Shown: positions 1-10,173, counted from the first letter of the stretch. The stretch: DNA of 64,000 bases from Candidatus Bathyarchaeota archaeon (GCA_963845275.1 CAWJRR010000003.1:77634-141633), one strand, 5' to 3'. The notes: generated by a model not told the origin, from the letters alone. A program made the numbers and translations.

Positions 1-637
1 CCGGGACTTTGTCCTCAATCTTGGCGCCTCCCAAGAGGTAAGTACTCGGCCGATTGGGTTCCCCCAGTAACCGGTCGAGGGCGGTTAATTCCTTCTCGAG
101 AAGGAGGCCGGCAGCCGAAGGCAGAACTTGTGGAAAACCCACCACTGAAGCTTGCGAACGGTGAGCAGACGCAAAAGCGTCATTCACATAGAGATCGAAG
201 AGCGGCGCCAGACGCGAGACTAGATTACTCTTGGCAAGTTTCTCCCCCTTGTCTTCAAGATTCTCCTCCGCACAGAATCGTACGTTATCGAGAACAAGCA
301 CTTCTCCCCGGTTTGTCTCATTGACAGCCATCTTAGCGGAGGGGCCCATCACGTCTTCGACAAACCTTACAGGTTGAGAACAGACTGTCTTCAGCAGATC
401 TGCATGTTGCTGAAGCGAGGTGAAGTCTCCTTTTCCCGGTCGACTCTGATGAGCCATAACTACGACCCTCGCGTCTCGTAGCGCCTCCAAACTTGGTTTT
501 GCAGCCAAAATTCGACTGTTGTCCAGTATGCGATTTGTCTTTGGATCCATTGGACAGTTAATGTCCAACCTCAGCAAGATCTTCTTGTCTCTAATCTCAA
601 AGTCGCTGAGCTTCAAGTAGTCAAATCCCATTTCCAT
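1..637 (-). CDS. pgk: Phosphoglycerate kinase, N-terminal part; the C-terminus lies beyond the window start. The start is ATG at 637, or 631.
   Basis: My translation of the reverse strand reads MEMGFDYLKLSDFEIRDKKILLRLDINCPMD...VLDNVRFCAEE...YVNDAFASAHRSQASVVGF. These match the archaeal PGK motifs (RVDFN-P, NxRF-EE, NDAFxxAHR). The ORF track misses it because the ORF runs off the window. Confidence 0.85.
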   Translation of the reverse strand, partial: MEMGFDYLKLSDFEIRDKKILLRLDINCPMDPKTNRILDNSRILAAKPSLEALRDARVVVMAHQSRPGKGDFTSLQQHADLLKTVCSQPVRFVEDVMGPSAKMAVNETNRGEVLVLDNVRFCAEENLEDKGEKLAKSNLVSRLAPLFDLYVNDAFASAHRSQASVVGFPQVLPSAAGLLLEKELTALDRLLGEPNRPSTYLLGGAKIEDKVP

Positions 638-751
638 CAAATCCTGTGCGAGTGTTTGAATTACACAGTCGATTTAACGTCTCCTCAAAGAATCCTTCGA
701 ATACAGCAATAGAGAAGATTTTTACATGCAGAATAGATTTTCTGGACTTGT

Positions 752-891
752 GCCGGGGTGGCTCAGCTGGTAGAGCGCCAGCCAGGCTTAGGGCGAAACT
801 CATAATCTGGAGAGCATTGGGCCCAGAAGCCGCGAGTTCGATCCTCGAAAGATTACGAATCTATCGAGCGAAAACCTCGCTCCCGGCACCA
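752..891 (+). tRNA. Intron-containing tRNA, about 137 nt before the CCA, with at least two introns. The isotype is uncertain (the anticodon loop could be CTTAGG, i.e. UAG; a long variable region is possible).
   Basis: Acceptor GCCGGGG (752-758) pairs with TCCCGGC (881-887). A discriminator A and an encoded CCA follow. The D-arm GCTCAGCTGGTAGAGC is canonical. The T-arm GCGAG-TTCGATC...CTCGC is interrupted by about 32 nt (CTCGAAAGATTACGAATCTATCGAGCGAAAAC). A second insertion lies near the anticodon loop (CGAAACTCATAA). Confidence 0.6.
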
Positions 892-897
892 ACCTCA

Positions 898-1452
898 CTA
901 TTTCGCAGCGCTTTTGTTTCCATTCGACGCGGAACCTAGAATCATCGTAATCACCCTCAATCCGACCGTCGTGAAGAGAATGAAATTGTTCACGAGTGCT
1001 ACAATCAGCGTGGGCAATCCAGAAATCATAGTTGCGACGACGGGGGTATTGAATAGCAGGGCGATCGACACATTCTGCAACGTCTCACTCATCAAAGTTA
1101 GTAGTATAGAAGAGAATGCCATTATTCGGAAATCAAGTTGTTTGATCAACCTTCGAGTAATTCCCGCGAAAACGCCGATCATCCCGATTATGACGGCGAT
1201 GACTGGCGTCCAAGCACCCGGTATCGTGGCAATATCAGATATGACAATTATCGAAACCCCGGTAACAAACCCCTCGGCTGGACCAAGAGTGAAGCCACTG
1301 ATGAACGTAAGGGTCTCAGTCAAACCCACTGCTATGAACAAGCCATAAAGCGGCTGTGGAATAAACATCGTAATGCTCCCAATGCCGATCCTAGCTACGG
1401 CTCCGACCGCTATCAGAACCGCGGTTAGCGCGATCCGTCTGGAGCAGGTCAT
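898..1452 (-). CDS. Polytopic membrane protein resembling an ECF-transporter substrate-capture (S) component, BioY/CbrT-like.
   Basis: 184 aa with 5-6 hydrophobic helices. The N-terminus ALTAVLIAVGAVARIGIG resembles BioY-type S components. It sits next to the cobamide genes. Confidence 0.4.
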   Translation of the reverse strand: MTCSRRIALTAVLIAVGAVARIGIGSITMFIPQPLYGLFIAVGLTETLTFISGFTLGPAEGFVTGVSIIVISDIATIPGAWTPVIAVIIGMIGVFAGITRRLIKQLDFRIMAFSSILLTLMSETLQNVSIALLFNTPVVATMISGLPTLIVALVNNFILFTTVGLRVITMILGSASNGNKSAAK

Positions 1453-1539
1453 CTTGATCAGGCTGGATTATCCAACCAACTTCTTTATTCCTGCATCTTT
1501 AAAGCCACTGGTGAACTCTCTGCCGCTGATGATCAGTAA

Positions 1540-2004
1540 ATGTCGCTTCTGAATTACCTCGAAGCGAAGGGGATTACGCTCAACGACCTCATAGCGACAG
1601 CTCTCGAGCTTTTCGTTCCGCATCCGGGAGTTGAGACTAGGGAGAAGGCAACTCAAATCCTGACTGAGGAATTTCTTAACGCGTGCTCTGATGTTGACGT
1701 TTCAACCCTTGTGGTTGCTTGTCACTTGGCGGAGGATGAAGCTAGAGCGGGACGCATCCCTAACCTCTCGGCTGAAAGGTTTCAAGGGCGACCGGGCCTA
1801 ATCGCTGACGAACTCCTCGGAATTACCATCGCTAACTACATTGCTGGAGCTAGAGGAATCTTTGAATTTGTCAGGTTTGATCAGCTGAAGCCGGGTATCC
1901 TGAGTAAGCTTGGTCCAATCGTAAATGACGCTATAGGTGGACTTATCGCAGGGTGCTCATCAAACATGTACTCGTCAGCGACGCGACGTAACCAGATGGT
2001 TTGA
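1540..2004 (+). CDS. PgpA-family phosphatase, a candidate archaeal alpha-ribazole-phosphate phosphatase CobZ.
   Basis: 154 aa, small and hydrophobic or amphipathic. Its stop abuts the cobS start. It sits in the cobS-cobY-cobT cluster where archaeal CobZ (PgpA-like) is expected. Confidence 0.4.
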   Translation: MSLLNYLEAKGITLNDLIATALELFVPHPGVETREKATQILTEEFLNACSDVDVSTLVVACHLAEDEARAGRIPNLSAERFQGRPGLIADELLGITIANYIAGARGIFEFVRFDQLKPGILSKLGPIVNDAIGGLIAGCSSNMYSSATRRNQMV

Positions 2005-2762
2005 TTGCGGATTCTCAAAGCGATCCGTAACACCCTCGCTTTCTTAACGATTCTTCCGGTCGGCATGGATAGTGACGCGTTAACTCTAGCAGCCGAATAC
2101 ATGCCTATTTTTCCACTCATCGGGGGGTTCATTGGCTTCGTCGCTGGAGTCCTAAGCTGGATTTTGGACCTCGTTCTGCCTCCTTTGCTAGTTGGCACTA
2201 TTGGATTGGGCACCATTCTACTGATGAACGGAGCGCAACACGTTGATGGGTTACTTGACTTCGGCGACGGCATCATGTGTCATGGTTCAAGAGCCCGCAA
2301 GCTCAGTGTGATGCGTGACCCTCAGACTGGAGCCGGCGGTTTCACTTTAGGCTGGATTACACTTTCCGCAACAGCCTTCGCTATCGCAAGTCTGCATCGA
2401 GGTATCGTGATACAGGCTATAGTTGTTTCAGAGGCTGCTGGAGCCTTTTCAATGGTTTTCCAAGCTTGGGCGGGGCATCCAGCCCATAAAGGAATGAGCA
2501 GCGGCTTTGTGACCGCCATGCATTCCCGCTGGCGTAACCTGCGCATCATCTCGTCCGTTCTAATACTCATGCTGATGGCTCTCCCAACACTACTCACTCT
2601 AGGCTTGGCTGTAACCTGTGCAGCCGTATCGTTCCATCAATCATGCTACAGGTTTCAAACAGAGCGTTCGGCGGCATTACGGGTGACGTAATGGGCGCGA
2701 CGCATGAAATGACACGACTCGTGTCGCTTGTAATCATCTTGGCGGGGTTCGGTTGGGTATAA
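2005..2762 (+). CDS. cobS: Adenosylcobinamide-GDP ribazoletransferase (cobalamin synthase), with an apparent frame shift near the 3' end.
   Basis: The CobS signature HVDGLLDFGDGIM is present. The canonical C-terminus GGITGDVMGATHEMTRLVSLVIILAGFGWV is encoded in a different frame (about 2667-2762) from the main ORF (2005-2691). Confidence 0.8.
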
Positions 2763-3378
2763 CAGCGCTGGTAATGGCCGGCGGAAAAGCAACCCGAATG
2801 GAGACATCCATAGAGAAACCTCTCCTCAGAGTGGGAGACAAACCAATGATTCACCACGTCATAGACGCGTTGAAGAAGGCAGAATCTGTTGACCGAATAA
2901 TCGTCGCAGTAACCCCCGCAACACGAGACACCGCATGAGACTGTACGCACACTAGGGGTGGACGTCATCGAAACATCCGGTGAAGGATACGAGCAAGATA
3001 TGCAACAGGCCATAAAGAATCTGGAATTGAAAGATGTCGTGGTCGTGGCAGCTGACCTACCATTCCTGACCCCTAAAATAGTCGATGATGCGGTCGGGAA
3101 TTATTTTTCGGGCGGCAAACCCGCTCTAATGGTGGCCGCGCCAGATTGAACTGTACGAGAAGTTCGGTCTAAAAGCCTCATACGCCTTCAATTACGAGGG
3201 CCAAGAGCTAGCGCCGTCGGACTTGAACGTGGTCGACGGAACACGAATTGATGAGGGAAGACTGGATGAAACAGTTTTCGTGGTTAAGGACCGTGACTTG
3301 ATCTTTAACGTGAACACTCAAGTAGACCTCAAGTTGGCAAGGAACCATCGAGGAAGAGGACCGCAAGATGAAACCTAA
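2753..3378 (+). pseudogene. cobY: Adenosylcobinamide-phosphate guanylyltransferase (archaeal CobY type), split over three reading frames.
   Basis: Segment 1 (2753-2938) reads MGITALVMAGGKATRMETSIEKPLL. Segment 2 (2913/2958-3149) reads VDVIETSGEGYEQD...VVVAADLPFL. Segment 3 (3142-3378) reads IELYEKFGLKAS...DLIFNVNTQVDLKLA. All three align along the Methanocaldococcus CobY pattern (IMAGGKGTRM, VIDTSGKGYIED, ELIFNINTKDDLKLA). Two successive +1 shifts separate them. Confidence 0.75.
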
Positions 3379-3534
3379 AGGAAGCTCAAGAACGCCACGT
3401 TCTTATCAGCTCACTAGAATCGCCGCATCAAACTGGTTTTGCTCAAACGCTCATGTCCCTAATGCGGGTCCTAATAATTCCTGTGCGGGTTTGAAGCAGG
3501 ACTCGATGCCCAGCGCCATTACAATCAGAATAGA

Positions 3535-4590
3535 GTGAGACTCAGAAGTATGCTTGACTTCATTCTACCGATCCGTCCGGCGGCGAACGCTAAACTTGAA
3601 GGTGAGATTCGTGCACATCTTGACGACCTCACCAAACCCCCGGGAAGTCTAGGGCGACTTGAGGAGTTCGCGCTGCAGTACTGTCTGTGCCGCCAGAACA
3701 GGAGGGCGGAAATTCACGTCATGAAACTTTTCACCTTTGCGGGGGATCACGGTATCACCAGGGAGGGAATCAATCCATATCCCGCTGAAGTGACACGGCA
3801 GATGGTGTTGAACATGGCTGCCGGCGGAGCGGCAGTAAGCGTCATGTGCAAGACAGCGGGCATAGAATATGCCGTTGTCGACGTTGGAGTGAACAGCGAT
3901 TTTGATCCATTACCAGGACTCATTATCAGAAAGGTTCGCGAAGGGACGAGAAATTTCCTTACCATGCCAGCTATGACAGCTGCCGATTGTGAATCGGCGA
4001 TTAGGATTGGCTATGAACTGGCCGTCTCATCTGGCGCGGATTTGCTTGGTGCAGGCGAAATGGGCATTGGCAACTCATCTTCTGCATCCGCGCTGTACAG
4101 TCTTCTGCTGGGCGCCGACCCAACGCAAACGGTCGGACCCGGCACAGGTTCGCACGGCGCTTTACTGGATAAGAAAAGAACAGTAGTTCGAACGGCGGTC
4201 GCGTTCCATCAGAAGGAATGGGATGGGTCGCCGTTTGATGCGCTCCGACGCGTGGGAGGATTCGAGCTAGCAGCAATCTGCGGATTGGCGCTCGGAGGCG
4301 CTGCCGCAGGAATTCCGGTGGTCATCGATGGGTTTATCGCTTCGGCCGGAGCATTGGCCGCACTCCTTATTGTTCCAAACGTCCGAGATTATCTTTTCTT
4401 TTCTCATATTTCCGCCGAGCCATTCCATCGTGAATTCTATACGAAGCAGTCGATACGACCAGTGCTTGACCTTGACATGCGGCTTGGTGAAGGCACGGGC
4501 GCCGTCCTTGCCATGCAGATTATCCAACAGTCGATGATGTGTTATGCCAACATGGCGACGTTCCATTCCGCCGGCATAAGCAAGGGTTAG
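3535..4590 (+). CDS. cobT: Nicotinate-nucleotide--dimethylbenzimidazole phosphoribosyltransferase.
   Basis: 351 aa. The CobT signature LTKPPGSLGRLEE is present, followed by the glycine-rich core. Confidence 0.9.
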   Translation: MRLRSMLDFILPIRPAANAKLEGEIRAHLDDLTKPPGSLGRLEEFALQYCLCRQNRRAEIHVMKLFTFAGDHGITREGINPYPAEVTRQMVLNMAAGGAAVSVMCKTAGIEYAVVDVGVNSDFDPLPGLIIRKVREGTRNFLTMPAMTAADCESAIRIGYELAVSSGADLLGAGEMGIGNSSSASALYSLLLGADPTQTVGPGTGSHGALLDKKRTVVRTAVAFHQKEWDGSPFDALRRVGGFELAAICGLALGGAAAGIPVVIDGFIASAGALAALLIVPNVRDYLFFSHISAEPFHREFYTKQSIRPVLDLDMRLGEGTGAVLAMQIIQQSMMCYANMATFHSAGISKG

Positions 4591-4759
4591 AAGAACTTGC
4601 GGATTTCAGTCAGGATTGATGCGTCGTTCCCCTGCGCTCTCAAATATACATTCTTAGAACCGTCAAAATGGTCCGAGTTGAATGAAACCATCGATAAACC
4701 TTTGAGCTTTATCGGCAAAGTACGCTGATGAGTGGATAATCATCAAGGGAGAAGTAGCG

Positions 4760-5392
4760 TTGAAGAAAGAAGGACTGTTGACGAGGCTCCAGGCCTTAGC
4801 TCAACTGTCTAGCGCTGGGCCTTCTCCAGCATTTGCGTACCCTCAAGTTGCCTGCGCACTCCTCCGCATAGGAGACGATACTGCCGTAGGGCGAACGCAA
4901 TTATCCAAAACGCTTGGTCTAGGCGAAGGAACAACAAGAACGATAATTAGACATCTCACACTCGCGAAGCTAGTTGAATCGAGCAAACAAGGTTGCACAT
5001 TGACTCCGAAGGGACTGGTTCTTTACAAACGTCTGAGGTCAAGACTCTCGAAAACAGCAGTTGTAAACGCCAGACAACTCTCTCTGGACAGTGCTAGCAC
5101 TGCCGTGCTAGTCAAGAAATCAGCTCACAAGGTGAAGCAAGGGATAGAACAACGGGACGCGGCTGTCCGGTCAGGGGCAACTGGTGCGTGTACTATATTG
5201 ATGAAGCATGGCAGACTCGTTATGCCCCAAGTGTCTGATGATTGGAAGCTGGATTTGGATGATCCACTGGCAGAGGAGTTGATGAAAGTATTTCAGCCGC
5301 AGCATGAGGACGTGATTATCATTGCAAGCGCTAGTGACAAGTCCGTCGCTGACTACGCCGCAATAGCAGCCGGACTGATGCTACTGGACTGA
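4760..5392 (+). CDS. Winged-helix DNA-binding protein with a C-terminal domain of unclear function, possibly DRTGG-like.
   Basis: The N-terminal LSKTLGLGEGTTRTIIRHLTLAKLVE is HTH-like. The C-terminal AAVRSGATGACTIL...DVIIIASASD was not confidently assigned. Confidence 0.35.
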   Translation: MKKEGLLTRLQALAQLSSAGPSPAFAYPQVACALLRIGDDTAVGRTQLSKTLGLGEGTTRTIIRHLTLAKLVESSKQGCTLTPKGLVLYKRLRSRLSKTAVVNARQLSLDSASTAVLVKKSAHKVKQGIEQRDAAVRSGATGACTILMKHGRLVMPQVSDDWKLDLDDPLAEELMKVFQPQHEDVIIIASASDKSVADYAAIAAGLMLLD

Positions 5393-5402
5393 CGACAGCT
5401 GC

Positions 5403-6101
5403 TTACCGTGGATTCATTATCCTAACTTTGCCGTTTCTCTGACCTACGAATACTCTGTCCACCATGCGTACGAATAGTCCCGTCTCCAGTACTCCTGGAA
5501 TCGCCTTCAAGCCCCGCTCCAGTTTAGAGGGGCTCTCGACACGCCCGAAATCAACGTCCACCAAGAAATTACCGTTATCAGTAATTACGGGGCCCATTTT
5601 CCCACTACTCTCCCTCACCTTCGCTTTGCCCCCCATCTTTGCAACCTCGGATCGAACGTACCTGTAGGCGAATGGCAGGATTTCAAGCGGGATAAGCTGC
5701 TTACCCCCCAAATAGTCGACCACCTTCAGCTGATCGACTACGACCACAAAGCTCCTCGCGGAGGAATCCACGATTTTCTCTCGCAGAAGAGCCCCCCCTC
5801 CACCCTTTACTAAATCCAGACTACCATCCCGGACTTGATCCGCCCCATCAATAGCATAATCGACACGAGCAACCTCGTTTAGACTCGTAATTCTCAAGCC
5901 ATGCGAGGCCGCAAGGTATTCCATTTGGTACGACGTGGGAACTACCGAGAACTCCATCTTCCGGTCTCTTTGCAGCCTCGCAAGTTCTCTCACCGCATAC
6001 GCCATCGTCGAACCGCTTCCAAGCCCTATTACCCATCCGTTCTTCACGGGTTCTATGGCTTTGAGGACAGCGTTTCTCTTTGCGTCCTCGATCCAGGACA
6101 A
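5403..6101 (-). CDS. rpiA: Ribose-5-phosphate isomerase A.
   Basis: The motifs GLGSGST, AIDGADQV and KGGGGALLREKIV are present. 232 aa. Confidence 0.9.
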   Translation of the reverse strand: MSWIEDAKRNAVLKAIEPVKNGWVIGLGSGSTMAYAVRELARLQRDRKMEFSVVPTSYQMEYLAASHGLRITSLNEVARVDYAIDGADQVRDGSLDLVKGGGGALLREKIVDSSARSFVVVVDQLKVVDYLGGKQLIPLEILPFAYRYVRSEVAKMGGKAKVRESSGKMGPVITDNGNFLVDVDFGRVESPSKLERGLKAIPGVLETGLFVRMVDRVFVGQRNGKVRIMNPR

Positions 6102-6103
6102 CT

Positions 6104-6601
6104 CTACCCTTCCGATTCTATCTGCTCGAGTCGATCCATTGCTTTGAGAATCTCGTCGCGGATTTGTTCAACGCGTTTCTCAGCATCCGTAGCTTGCTCC
6201 TGTCCCTGCCCTGCCGATACCACGCTCGAACTAGGCTGCTCAATCTTAAAGAGGTCAGACTTCCCGCTTCTCAGGCGAGTTATCTTCTCGTCCATCTCAG
6301 CTAATTTCGTGTTGAAATCTCTGATAAGCTCTTCTCGGGATTTCCCTAATTCATACAGATCGACCGTGCGTTGGTGCTCCTCTATGGAACTGTTCAATCT
6401 TTGAAGGTCTACTTTGTATTTGTCTACGAGTCGGTCTCGTTCAGTTTGGCTAATTATCCCCTTTGTTTCAGATTCGAATATTGTCGTGAGAGCTGATCCG
6501 ATTATTCGGCGTTCAAGAAGAAGAACCTTCAGCGCACCCTTGGCCTTGTTAACATCATCCTCTGAGGCTGAACGAGCCTCCACCCCAATAGGCTTTGGCA
6601 A
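6104..6601 (-). CDS. Coiled-coil hypothetical protein, translationally coupled to rpiA by a 4-nt overlap.
   Basis: 165 aa, rich in E/K/R/L heptads. No recognisable catalytic motif. Confidence 0.4.
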   Translation of the reverse strand: MPKPIGVEARSASEDDVNKAKGALKVLLLERRIIGSALTTIFESETKGIISQTERDRLVDKYKVDLQRLNSSIEEHQRTVDLYELGKSREELIRDFNTKLAEMDEKITRLRSGKSDLFKIEQPSSSVVSAGQGQEQATDAEKRVEQIRDEILKAMDRLEQIESEG

Positions 6602-7089
6602 TGGGGGTAGCGGAATAATCCGTTCAGGTTCAGCGGTCCCAAACTCCCTCTTCTTCCAGAATGCTAGAGTTGCGAGGTTGATGAAGATCAGCCCCCTGAA
6701 CGGAATCGATTATCTGCAATTGAATGTATTAATAGCTTCGAGCCGTGAAACCTTAGCATTAGCGGACGACTTTTGACATATTCATACAAATACCGCTCAG
6801 ATGAATGTTAAACATCATGCTCACTATTGCATAAAACGCGAAGTGTTTTACGCTGAATTCGACAACTAAGTGATCTGCGGTCAATTTTACATCTAGAAGG
6901 CTCCTTTGACACTCTGGCTACCCGTGCAACAGTATAGGAATTCCTGCTCAACCCGAGCTAAATTGCCTCCCACTTGCAATCTCTTGAACTAGTGAGCCAT
7001 TTGGCAGGCGAAGAGCTCCCATTCGAAGCGATCGAATCAGCCACAGTAAAATATCCCAGCAACAATGGGAGGTCAAGAGAGAACTACTA

Positions 7090-7755
7090 TTGAATCGAAG
7101 TATGATTGCAATAGTGCTCCTTCTAATCATCGTGGCCATCGAGTCGACAGCCTTGGCATTTCGAATGTCCACACCACAACCAACCGTCAACTTCGTTTTA
7201 GGAAACGAAACGGTATTTCGCGTTCCGTTTGATCAGTTCAATCAGCCAATCTCAAACGACACAGAGTACTCGTTGGATTCCGCTATCAATGGTTCTTGGA
7301 AGATATCTATTCAAAGCGACTTGATTTCTTCGGGAGATCCACAGGAATCCGAAGCGCAAGTCGCGATTGCTCCAGCTTACCTGTTGGAGAACCTGTCAAT
7401 TCCGACAATCATCGTTCAGATGCGCGGTGACGGTCTTCTTAGAATCGAGTATTTCGCACAGAATTGGGAAAACTCTTACGGGTTCGTGTTGTACAATTCA
7501 ACCTCGCCTAGCTGGATTGGTAAACAGAATATTACCTTAAGATTTGTCAGCTTTGCACCACCCGTTCCTGTTAATCCGCAGATCGCACCGAGACCAAACG
7601 GCAATCTGACTATTGCAATTGGCAATAGGATCGTCCTATCAGATTACATGATCTCATGGGCTAACCTAGCCTCCTTCTACGTGTACGGTCTCAAAGGTTC
7701 AACGTTCACGGCCGGGACGGTAACACTCTCGACGGCTGAGCTAGAGCCAGGATGA
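7090..7755 (+). CDS. Secreted hypothetical protein with a signal peptide and many N-glycosylation sequons.
   Basis: Hydrophobic N-terminus MIAIVLLLIIVAIESTALA. Several N-x-S/T sites. A 4-nt overlap (ATGA) with the next gene. Confidence 0.5.
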   Translation: MNRSMIAIVLLLIIVAIESTALAFRMSTPQPTVNFVLGNETVFRVPFDQFNQPISNDTEYSLDSAINGSWKISIQSDLISSGDPQESEAQVAIAPAYLLENLSIPTIIVQMRGDGLLRIEYFAQNWENSYGFVLYNSTSPSWIGKQNITLRFVSFAPPVPVNPQIAPRPNGNLTIAIGNRIVLSDYMISWANLASFYVYGLKGSTFTAGTVTLSTAELEPG

Positions 7756-8777
7756 GATTCTGGATGCTCCAGTATGTGTTAATCCTCTTGCTAGCAATCT
7801 CTTCGCCAAATGCGAAGGTGGCAGTTTCGCGAGGCATCATTTTGAACCCCCCGCAGGGCTACTATGTGTACAACTTGTACCCGACTCTAAACTCTACTGA
7901 GAATGGTCCAGTCTATGATCCGAATTTCATCCCCGGATTTAGCAAGGGATTAACAAACATCTCTGTCAGCTGGTCTACGGGACCTGGTTTCGCGCATATG
8001 GGATATTGGGTTGGACCATGGACGGAATTGCAAGTTGGGATGCCTCACCTTGCAGTTGGCCCCCAGTGCTGTAACTTCCAAGAGATTCCGAGAACACAAC
8101 AGTACAGGCGTCTGGAGTGGGGCGACTACTATTACGTCAAAGCAGGGTTCGTTTCGCCTGGAGTGAACTTGCCGAACTACACGACGAACTTCGCGGCGCC
8201 CGCTTATGTTGGGCTCCGAACCGATTGGAACTGGACAGTTAGCGTATCATTGGACTGGAGAAGCCCCCGCATGTTGAACGTCAATAATGAATGGTTCGCT
8301 GTTGGCATTGCGGTAACACAATACGTGCCCAGCGTCCCGGAAAAGTTAGTGTACACAGTCCTGAACTTCTGGATGGACGCCAACAGCTCCAAGGTGCTCT
8401 CCGCAAGCAGCTCTGGAGATGAAGGTTACCTCGTAACTGGCCCAAGAATAGTTGTTTATCATTCTCTTCAGCTGACAGAGGATGGAAATCAAACAGTCAC
8501 GGTCAATTTATCCCCATACCTCGATGATACACTCCACATTCTCAACTTTACGTCATCGCAATCGGACCCACCCGTCATCTCATACGTTTATTTGAATGTG
8601 GAAGGTTACAATGTTCAGTGGAACTCTACACTCTACTCGTTCTTCGTTTTGTCCGATCATAGTCCCATCGAAAACGCAAGTGCCCGCTACCTTCCTCTAC
8701 TATACCTTGGTATTCCGATTCTCGTTGCCGGATTAGTCTATGTAGCCTACATGAAGATGAAAAAGAGAAGACTCTAA
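7752..8777 (+). CDS. Secreted surface protein with a C-terminal transmembrane anchor and a basic tail.
   Basis: Signal peptide, many sequons, and a C-terminal ILVAGLVYVAYMKMKKRRL anchor. Confidence 0.5.
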   Translation: MRFWMLQYVLILLLAISSPNAKVAVSRGIILNPPQGYYVYNLYPTLNSTENGPVYDPNFIPGFSKGLTNISVSWSTGPGFAHMGYWVGPWTELQVGMPHLAVGPQCCNFQEIPRTQQYRRLEWGDYYYVKAGFVSPGVNLPNYTTNFAAPAYVGLRTDWNWTVSVSLDWRSPRMLNVNNEWFAVGIAVTQYVPSVPEKLVYTVLNFWMDANSSKVLSASSSGDEGYLVTGPRIVVYHSLQLTEDGNQTVTVNLSPYLDDTLHILNFTSSQSDPPVISYVYLNVEGYNVQWNSTLYSFFVLSDHSPIENASARYLPLLYLGIPILVAGLVYVAYMKMKKRRL

Positions 8778-8787
8778 CTCAACCGAT

Positions 8788-10173
8788 TCAACTGTTTCTC
8801 GTACGATCTTCCGCTCTCCTCCGCATCCAGAGAAGGAGCACGCCCGCAGAGATCATCGCGGGCAGTATCAACGAAACCGGTAAGCCCCAAAAGGTTGCTG
8901 GCGCGACGCTAGTCGACGAGGGTGTAGTCTGATTTGAAGGTGCTTGTAAAGGGATTGGGTAGACCGTTGCTGAGAAAGGACCGGTATCGCTCAGAAACAC
9001 TGGTAATCTAGGCGCCCCTGTAAAATTGAAAAACTCGAGTAGGTTATTGGAGTTCATAACGTAGTGGTTGAGTACAGGCAGGTTCCAGTTGTATTCTATG
9101 AAGCGCACAATTGACATGTGATTCAGGACTGTCTCCGAGACGTAGTTCTCTTTAGCGTAAGCGGAGATCACGAGCAACGGTACTCGTTGACCGTACCCGG
9201 ATAACGGATGATTAAACCCATGATCAATCTTAAGGAGTTGGGGTGGAGCGACGTGATCATAGTATCCACCTCCCTCATCCCAGGTGATGAGAATAGCTGA
9301 TGAATTCCAATAGGTGCTCGACATCACCGCATTCACGACTGAAACAGTCCACAGCTCTCCTCTCGTCACGTTTTGAGGAGGGTGCTCATTGAGAGTGTCT
9401 GACCCCAATGCGTTTACGAAGCTTACAGCGGGCAGACCAGTCCCCGCCTTAAGGTACGCGAAAAGTCTGGAGACATCCTCAACGTGATCTTCGACGGTCC
9501 CGTTGATCAGGTAGTTCAGCGGATAGACATCCCTCGTCAGGCCGAACGTATTGACGAAATCGAAATATCCCCACGACAGACCATGCGCATCAAGCTCGCC
9601 AAGAATAGTTTGATTGTAGTTTAGGTACGGAGGAGGCCCATAATTGTTCGCCACTGGGGAATCGCCCGCTAGGAGGAGCAGTCGATTCGGAGTGGTTGTG
9701 CTCAAGGCAGATGCGAAATACCGGTCAGCTAATCCATACTCTTCCGCATAGTCCCAATAGGCTGCAATCTGATGATAGTCAAAATACGCCATTGATTGCG
9801 GACCGGAGAATGTAACGAACCCACTCATCTTGCCCGCCGCGTAATCCTGCTCGTAAGTAATCTGACCTTCCACAGGGTTGATCGGATTGCTCACGCTGGA
9901 AAGATATGGTGAGTAACACTTCGTCCCGTTCCACACGCAGATATTTCCCGGCAGTCCATCGACAGGATGTAATCGTGCAGTAATCGTGTTCACTAGAGAG
10001 CCATTGGCTGAAGGGTAGGTTCCGAAGTAGTTGTCGAAACTATGATTCTCCTGCACTATAACGATGATGTGCCTGATAGGGGTGGCCTCATTGCCAAATG
10101 TTCCGCTAGCGCATGGAACGGTGAGAGCCGAAAACAGCAAAACTGAGACGAGTACAAACCTGAATGAAACCAA
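8788..10173 (-). CDS. Secreted phosphoesterase of the phospholipase C / acid phosphatase (AcpA) family, membrane-anchored.
   Basis: The family signature IIVIVQENHSFDNYFGTY is present, with a signal peptide and a C-terminal TM anchor plus RRRAEDR tail. Confidence 0.75.
   Translation of the reverse strand: MVSFRFVLVSVLLFSALTVPCASGTFGNEATPIRHIIVIVQENHSFDNYFGTYPSANGSLVNTITARLHPVDGLPGNICVWNGTKCYSPYLSSVSNPINPVEGQITYEQDYAAGKMSGFVTFSGPQSMAYFDYHQIAAYWDYAEEYGLADRYFASALSTTTPNRLLLLAGDSPVANNYGPPPYLNYNQTILGELDAHGLSWGYFDFVNTFGLTRDVYPLNYLINGTVEDHVEDVSRLFAYLKAGTGLPAVSFVNALGSDTLNEHPPQNVTRGELWTVSVVNAVMSSTYWNSSAILITWDEGGGYYDHVAPPQLLKIDHGFNHPLSGYGQRVPLLVISAYAKENYVSETVLNHMSIVRFIEYNWNLPVLNHYVMNSNNLLEFFNFTGAPRLPVFLSDTGPFSATVYPIPLQAPSNQTTPSSTSVAPATFWGLPVSLILPAMISAGVLLLWMRRRAEDRTRNS

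Noticed and set aside
621-939. ORFs 621-803 (minus) and 646-939 (plus).
   Set aside because: They overlap the pgk 5' end and the tRNA gene. No motif and chance length.
914-1428. Plus-strand ORFs 914-1348 and 1138-1428.
   Set aside because: They are antisense to the membrane-protein gene 898-1452 and compositionally odd (R/N/D-rich).
2594-3013. Minus-strand 139-aa Cys-rich ORF.
   Set aside because: It is antisense to cobY, whose three segments align to CobY throughout.
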